Positions 58,348 through 64,000 of a stretch of DNA of 64,000 nucleotides are shown here, piece by piece. Every line of letters begins with the position of its first letter. Positions within the stretch are counted from its first letter, which is position 1. The stretch is from an uncultured Methanomicrobiales archaeon (GTDB taxonomy: Archaea; Halobacteriota; Methanomicrobia; Methanomicrobiales; Methanospirillaceae): positions 1 to 64,000 of the forward strand of contig CAVWXH010000016.1 of the NCBI GenBank assembly GCA_963758915.1, read 5' to 3'. The notes below the pieces were generated by a model. It saw only the letters and a list, made by a program, of their open reading frames with translations. It was not told the DNA's origin and did not search any database. The translations under genes were made by a program, and so were the position numbers.

Positions 58348-59145
58348 ATGGAGAAGCGGGACGTTATAATGGTGGTCCTCGGTCTCGCGATCGTGCTGGT
58401 CATAGCGTTTGTCGTGAAACCCATGATAACCGGCAAACCGGTGGATATGAGTATACCTCTGGCGATACCCGGCGTTGGCACGCCAACTCTTACTCCCACA
58501 CCTGTTGCGACGGTGGACGATGCCTATGAACGTTACAAGGCATCACAAAATATGCCCCAGGTGACAGCGGCGCCAACATCAGCTCCAACCCCGAAGCCCT
58601 CATGGAGCGGACAGTCACAAGGTCTCGGGTTTGTTGACCCCGCACGATATGGCCAGACTCCCACTCCAACCCCGATAGCCCATACGGGGGTCGCCTCACA
58701 GACGAGCGGGTTTGAATCAAATCCGATGGCCATCTACGCCACTATCGAGGGAAAAGACCCTGGATCAACCCAGCCAATCGCTATGCCATTCCCGTACTGG
58801 GAACTTCGTTACACGGTTAACCCCTATGAAACGACGTTTATGAATACAACTGAGAGTAAGGCAGCAGGTGTTGCCAAGTCGGTTGGTAGTGAGGTATTTC
58901 CCTCGTTTTCTATCCAGGTAATCGACGCGGACCAGCCGAACCGGACTGTGAGGACCATCACACCTCCCGGAGGGCTGGATGCGAAGCTGTGGGCTAAAGG
59001 AAAGGACTATGACCCGAGGCCATGGGTTGAAAAATTCTACGAGGGTGTAGAGAACCACAATTATTACTTCGTAATCACTCCCCACATGATACACTCGTAT
59101 CGTATTGATGTTATGGTACCGGAGCGATATATCGGGAAGTATTAG
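58348..59145 (+). CDS. Membrane-anchored hypothetical protein with a Pro/Thr-rich linker
   Basis: N-terminal TM helix, PT repeats, C-terminal PFPYWELRY domain. Confidence 0.75.
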   Translation: MEKRDVIMVVLGLAIVLVIAFVVKPMITGKPVDMSIPLAIPGVGTPTLTPTPVATVDDAYERYKASQNMPQVTAAPTSAPTPKPSWSGQSQGLGFVDPARYGQTPTPTPIAHTGVASQTSGFESNPMAIYATIEGKDPGSTQPIAMPFPYWELRYTVNPYETTFMNTTESKAAGVAKSVGSEVFPSFSIQVIDADQPNRTVRTITPPGGLDAKLWAKGKDYDPRPWVEKFYEGVENHNYYFVITPHMIHSYRIDVMVPERYIGKY

Positions 59146-59173
59146 GGGATTCCAGCAAAGTTGGGAATCCCCT
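59146..59173. terminator. Hairpin directly after the stop codon
   Basis: GGGGATTCC-agcaaagttg-GGAATCCCC. Confidence 0.45.
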
Positions 59174-59263
59174 GAATATTATTTTTCTAATCGGCGCTGG
59201 TATGAAAAACTCCGGCAGAACAATCTGAAATGCCAATTTTTTATGCCCATCTTTGACTATAAA

Positions 59264-59693
59264 GGCTCATAGCACGCTCTGTTGAAATAGTGCGTGTAAA
59301 AATAAAGGATGAAGTTAACTAACCCGGGGGAGGTTTCATCTCACATCTGCCAACCCACACACATGAACGGGAAGTTCACGCCCGCACCATCAAAATACCT
59401 CGATCATAATCTCCCTTATATCGGGTTAAGTTCAGGCAGTTTCATGGGAAACCCTGCGTAGTTAAAAAAACGAGGGAATGCGTTGACAGGAGAGGTTTCA
59501 CCCCCTCCCGCCCCACCCCTGATAAAATAAACACCGGAAGGGTTCAAATGGGACATTTTTGATAATTTAAGAGATTAAAGGTCATTTTCAAGCCCAACCA
59601 GGGTCCCAAAGCGGCGGGGTGGTGCCCCGGGAGCGGGGATAAATTTGGAATTACTTAATCAGCAGGATAGATTTATGTGGGTTCAACAAAGCC
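59264..59693. mobile_element. MITE-like element, copy I (extended end, L-module forward, core inverted)
   Basis: ggctcatagcacgctctgttgaaa..acacatgaacgggaagttcac..gggaaaccctg, then the reverse core, ending gttcaacaaagcc. Confidence 0.8.
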
Positions 59694-59936
59694 GGTTGTT
59701 CAACTACCTGACCTGAGGTTTTCTTACCAGCCGGTTTTTTTCTCATCATTGTGATTAGCACCAGGAATTCATCAGGACTGGACCGGTAAAAAAATCTTCC
59801 TTGCGTTTCTGCTCTGTCAATACGCACCTCATGATATCATGTGGTTTACTTCACGATCGATACAACCTTTTTCCGCTACCGGAGTTCCATTCAGGAATAA
59901 AAAAGTATGGCCGTTTTATGACTGGTGACAGCCGGG

Positions 59937-60320
59937 TCACTCAATATCGAGTTTTCGTTTTCCCATGGATTCGATATACATAATTTCTTTTCCAACCTCG
60001 ATCCCCGCGAGTTTATCCGCGTCTGTCGGGATCTCGATTGTCTGAAAATCTTTCATGTCCATCATCTGGATTACATTTCCCGTGATGGTAATGACCTGCC
60101 CGCTCTTACGTTCAACAATAGGCACGTAGGTCCTTGCAGAAACCGGCTGTACAACTGAACGTTTTACACCGTCGAATATCCCCACTGCCTCTATCCTTGA
60201 TTTTGCAGCCCCGTGTTTGCCTGGTTTTGATATTGATATGGCAACGATCCTGCATGGTTCATCTTCGATGACCATGTAACGGCCTTCCTTTAATTTTCCA
60301 ATTTCGGTTTGTTCCTTCAT
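59937..60320 (-). CDS. eif5a: Archaeal translation factor aIF5A
   Basis: SKPGKHGAAK hypusine motif. Confidence 0.96.
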   Translation of the reverse strand: MKEQTEIGKLKEGRYMVIEDEPCRIVAISISKPGKHGAAKSRIEAVGIFDGVKRSVVQPVSARTYVPIVERKSGQVITITGNVIQMMDMKDFQTIEIPTDADKLAGIEVGKEIMYIESMGKRKLDIE

Positions 60321-60399
60321 AGTCTAACTCCTTAAACGCAGTAGTAATTTATCTTTATGACATTACATAAATACAACGTAAGAATACCCTGGTGCTGAT

Positions 60400-61176
60400 A
60401 TGGAATTCCTCAAATCCTGTGATCAGATGGCGGTAGCAGTAGAGGATGCAATCCACGATCAGGTCGGAACCCTTGAGGGTGGCAGGATGATTAGAATGGG
60501 TGCAGACGGGACACCGACCAAGCTGATTGACCAGGTCGCCGAGGACTGCATCGTGACCTACCTTTCAGAACATCCGCTCTGTCGTACTTTGATCAGCGAG
60601 GAGCTTGGGAAACGTGAATTTGATGGCGAACAGGGTACCATATTCCTTGACCCGGTTGACGGGACCTATAATGCAGTGAATGGCATCCCTTTCTATGCCC
60701 TTTCAATTGCGTATGCCGAAGGGGGTATTGTTAATAAGGCATATGTGCGTGACCTTGCGAATGGAGAAACTTTTAGTGCAATTCGCGGAAAAGGTGCTCA
60801 TATGGCAGGGAAAATCCTCCGGGTCTCGCAGACTGCGAACCTTGACGAGGCGGCAATGAGCATCTATGGCCGCAAGTTTGACCCGAAGCGCGTAATGCAG
60901 CTTGGACAGAAGATCCGGCGGTGGCGTCTACTCGGTGCTTCTGCCCTTGAACTTAGTTATATCGGGGCCGGACGCATTGATGGTTTTATTGACCTCCGGG
61001 GGACGCTTCGGGTGACCGATGCAGCAGCAGGGATGCTCATCTGTACAGAAGCAGGAGGTTCCGTATCCGATATGAATGGAAATGCGATCAATTTCCCGGA
61101 CGAAGTGACCATCGGCCGGTGTCTGGTCGCTACGAATGCAGTCCTGCACCATAAGGTTATCGAGTACCTGAGGTAA
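60400..61176 (+). CDS. Bifunctional FBPase/inositol monophosphatase
   Basis: GADGTPT..D..AE; SEE; DPVDGTYN; GASALE; TDAAAG. Confidence 0.92.
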   Translation: MEFLKSCDQMAVAVEDAIHDQVGTLEGGRMIRMGADGTPTKLIDQVAEDCIVTYLSEHPLCRTLISEELGKREFDGEQGTIFLDPVDGTYNAVNGIPFYALSIAYAEGGIVNKAYVRDLANGETFSAIRGKGAHMAGKILRVSQTANLDEAAMSIYGRKFDPKRVMQLGQKIRRWRLLGASALELSYIGAGRIDGFIDLRGTLRVTDAAAGMLICTEAGGSVSDMNGNAINFPDEVTIGRCLVATNAVLHHKVIEYLR

Positions 61177-61181
61177 CAGGG

Positions 61182-61994
61182 ATGAAAATCATTCTAATAT
61201 CCCGGATTGATGACAGGGAGGCACTGCTTTACACTGAGCAGACTGGGCGTCTCCTTTCAGGCTGGGGCCATGATATCAGTTTTGATCAGACGACTGCCGC
61301 AGCCATCGGGGTCAGAGGGTGCTTGCTCGAGGAATCTGATGCATCCATGGCCGTGGTAATTGGTGGTGACGGGACAATACTCCACTCTGTCCAGCGCATG
61401 GTGAACCAGAAACCGATACTGGGTATTAACTGGGGGGAGGTAGGTTTCCTTGCAGACATAGAACCTGTGGAAGCAGAAAAGTTTCTACGGGATATGGGGC
61501 CCGGTTTCCCGATTGAAAGGAGAATGCGGCTTAATCTGATGTGGGATGGTGAAGTGCTGGGGAATGCCCTGAATGAAGCACTAATTATTACAAGCCGGCC
61601 TGCAAAAATGCTCAGGTTTGTTGTGGTGGTTGATGGAGTCCCCGCAGAAAAATTCAGGGCTGACGGGGTTCTTATCAGTACCCCGACGGGTTCTACTGCC
61701 TATGCAATGAGCGCTGGAGGACCCATTGTCGACCCCAGGATCGAGGGGGTAGTGCTGGTGCCCCTTGCACCGTACCTTCTCTCCTCCAGGCCTCATGTCA
61801 TCAGCTCCTCCCGCACACTTGAAATACGACTTGAAAGTGTCAAACCTGCAAAAATCGTAATTGATGGCCAGAATACCTTTGAATTTGAAACAGGAGGCAC
61901 AATTACCGTCCGGAAAGCCGCAGAGCCTGCGTTGTTTGTTGATGCGAGAAAGAATTTTTTTGAAAAGGTTGACCGGAAATTACGGCGCCTGTAA
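61182..61994 (+). CDS. nadK: NAD kinase
   Basis: GGDGT; GIN.G.VGFL; LNE; [16 protein letters not shown]. Confidence 0.93.
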   Translation: MKIILISRIDDREALLYTEQTGRLLSGWGHDISFDQTTAAAIGVRGCLLEESDASMAVVIGGDGTILHSVQRMVNQKPILGINWGEVGFLADIEPVEAEKFLRDMGPGFPIERRMRLNLMWDGEVLGNALNEALIITSRPAKMLRFVVVVDGVPAEKFRADGVLISTPTGSTAYAMSAGGPIVDPRIEGVVLVPLAPYLLSSRPHVISSSRTLEIRLESVKPAKIVIDGQNTFEFETGGTITVRKAAEPALFVDARKNFFEKVDRKLRRL

Positions 61995-62022
61995 AAAAAA
62001 ATGTTGTCCTAGTTGAAATGCC

Positions 62023-62195
62023 GGCTCTGTTAACCGGCTCTCAAATCTATCCTGGTGATCACGGGTATTCCCAAATTTATCATCCGCTCCCCGGGCTCCA
62101 CCCCGCTGCGTTGGGACCCTGGTGGGATTGAGAATGACCTCAAAATCTCTGAAATATTCAGGAATCTGCAGTTAACCCTGCCCAAAGAATATTAT
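62023..62195 (+). mobile_element. Truncated MITE-like element, copy J (core)
   Basis: ggctctgttaac..ctctcaaatctatc..cgctccccgggctccaccccgctg..aaccctgccc. Confidence 0.68.
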
Positions 62196-62198
62196 TGC

Positions 62199-63155
62199 TT
62201 ATGCCAAAAGCACCATGATGCGCCGGGTGAGGCTTTTATGAACGCGTTGCTCGTGAAATTCACAGAGGTCCATAATCGGGGAAGCAATTGCCCTGATATC
62301 CCGGTGTGTTACAATAACCGCCCGTCTCCCCGGTTTCAGGACCCTCCTGATCTCTTCAAGTGACTGGGTATACAACGATTCAAGGCCTTCAGCCATGATT
62401 GACGAAGACTGGCCATAGGGGAGGTCTGTCGCAACAGCGTCAACAGAGTTATCTTTTAACGGGAGGTTCCCGGCATCTGCGAGAAACAGCCCGGCACCAA
62501 AAATATTCCGCCGTGTCCCTCTTACCATGAAAACATCCATATCACCCCCTGTTGCGATTGCACCGACCATCCCTGCCTCGATTAGGACACCCCCTGTTCC
62601 ACAGAACGGGTCAAGAAACCGTTCACCGTTCGCTACCCGTGTGAGGTTAACGATAGTCCGGGCAATCCGGGGCATCATCACACCCGGATGAAAAAATTCC
62701 CGTTTTCCGGGGTTTCTTGCGTCAAACGAACCCCTGTCGATAGTACAGAGTAGTTTTCCCAGGTAACAACGGTCCCCAGAACATATCGCCCTGAACTCGT
62801 GTGCCGGGTGATCAAGTGATACCATTCCCGAAATAGCATCTCCCATCAGCCGTTCAAGCGATGGTGCAGGCTCTGTGATCTCTGTCCCCTCAACTTTTTT
62901 TACCCTTGCCACGAATGGACCCGGGGATGATATCGACAGTTCCCTTAAGAGTTGGAGGAAAGACCCGGTATCTGCCGGGCATTCACCAAGGTATTCCATT
63001 ACGGAGTGAGCCATTGCCAGCCTCTTCACAGGAGACACCCTGTTGCATAATGCCACCGCAACCTGTGGCCGTGAATCAATTACCTCTCCAACGCACGACA
63101 ACTCTGAGCTGGGTAGTGTCGGGTGTTCTCCGGAAAGGTGGAAGAGGAGTTTCAT
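62199..63155 (-). CDS. THUMP-domain tRNA (m2G10) methyltransferase, Trm11/TrmG10-like
   Basis: LSGEHP.LP; RxFFHPG; DPFCGTGG; TDLPYG; VHKSLTRRI. Confidence 0.9.
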   Translation of the reverse strand: MKLLFHLSGEHPTLPSSELSCVGEVIDSRPQVAVALCNRVSPVKRLAMAHSVMEYLGECPADTGSFLQLLRELSISSPGPFVARVKKVEGTEITEPAPSLERLMGDAISGMVSLDHPAHEFRAICSGDRCYLGKLLCTIDRGSFDARNPGKREFFHPGVMMPRIARTIVNLTRVANGERFLDPFCGTGGVLIEAGMVGAIATGGDMDVFMVRGTRRNIFGAGLFLADAGNLPLKDNSVDAVATDLPYGQSSSIMAEGLESLYTQSLEEIRRVLKPGRRAVIVTHRDIRAIASPIMDLCEFHEQRVHKSLTRRIMVLLA

Positions 63156-63474
63156 TGGTATAGAATTCGTCCCCGGGAAAGAAATTGGTTGGGGTATTTC
63201 ATCAGGTCAGAACCGGATATCCCGTAGACATTTCTCGGAAAATTCCGGGTTATCAAAAAAAAACCCGGCCGTTTTTTTTGGTACAGCCGCTGGCGTGAAT
63301 AGATCTTTTCGGCCCCGGCCATGGGTTGTACCCTTCACGATAAACGATGGTGGTTTCCTGCCATTCCCATAAAAAATAGTATTTGGGTATTGCTTCTGAT
63401 GACCCGATCAAAAGTTACACATGTATCAGCAGAAAAAAGTACATAATACATTGATTGATCCGGGGCTATGAACG

Positions 63475-63936
63475 ATGCAACCACCTTTTCAACAGAATAA
63501 TGACCGGTTGGACGAGGGAGCAGGGCAATGCAGCAAATCCCCGTATGTTATCCTCCTCATGGATGACGAAGAAAGTATTCTCGATTCGTATGCAAAGCTG
63601 CTCAGGATAAAAGGGTTTATTGTCTATACCGCGTGTGACGGAGAGCAGGCAATAGATATCTATAACCAGGTGTTATCGTCGGGACGAGCGGTGGATGTAG
63701 CGATTATTGACCTGACAATTCCTGATGGTATGGGTGGAATAGAGACGGTTGCCCGGATTAGGGAGATTGACCCGGATGTGAGGGCTATTGCAACAACCGG
63801 ACATTTTCAGGACTGCCTGACAGATGAGTATAAAAAACACGGGTTCGTGGAGATTCTTCCAAAACCATACCTGTTAAAAGAATTACTTGAAGCAATAGAC
63901 CGGGTAATCATGATGGAGAGGTATTCCCCGGAATAA
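63475..63936 (+). CDS. Single-domain response regulator
   Basis: ILLMDDE; DVAIIDL.IP.GMGG; LPKPY. Confidence 0.85.
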   Translation: MQPPFQQNNDRLDEGAGQCSKSPYVILLMDDEESILDSYAKLLRIKGFIVYTACDGEQAIDIYNQVLSSGRAVDVAIIDLTIPDGMGGIETVARIREIDPDVRAIATTGHFQDCLTDEYKKHGFVEILPKPYLLKELLEAIDRVIMMERYSPE

Positions 63937-64000
63937 TCTTACTTTTTACCCCTTAATCCTGAGAAAATCCCTTTCTTTGAACTCCCTGCCTTTTTCCCTT

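Noticed and set aside
30539-62195. CRISPR array interpretation of the repeats
   Set aside because: Copies are dispersed, 140-430 bp long and lack repeat-spacer periodicity; no cas genes are present.

Overview
The window joins two unrelated sequences at about 26,143, and the genes on both sides of the join are cut. LEFT (1 to ~26,143): very GC-rich bacterial DNA, possibly Acidobacteriota/Thermoanaerobaculia-like (inference only), with many single-base indels that look like long-read errors. It carries a type VI secretion locus: a divergent TssB/TssC-fusion-like gene, tssB-tssC-hcp-tssE-tssF-tssG-clpV, a transglutaminase-like ORF, vgrG, a triple DUF1795/Eag-like protein, a small helical protein, an HExxH metallopeptidase with a lipobox, and a convergent PAAR-DUF4123 pair. 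These are followed by C45, M16 and M28 peptidases, holC, a D-cysteine desulfhydrase-like gene and a HEAT/serine-hydrolase fusion. RIGHT (~26,144 to 64,000): moderate-GC archaeal DNA resembling Methanomicrobiales, with rfbACDB, GT2, EamA, a GT-C-like protein, uvrA-uvrC-uvrB, a large TIG/PKD surface protein, M42 peptidase, hxlB, Mrp, RNase HI, aIF5A, FBPase/IMPase, NAD kinase and Trm11. Many archaeal intergenic gaps hold copies of a modular MITE-like repeat (about 10 copies; 14-bp TIRs GGCT(T/C)TGT(T/A)GAAAC; 7-8-bp target duplications). Its hairpin-rich ~250-bp core occurs alone, or in either orientation relative to a ~100-bp accessory module. The strongest candidates for novelty are this modular repeat family and the T6SS sheath and effector-loading architecture. 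All calls are by eye, with no database searches; coordinates of frameshifted genes are approximate.
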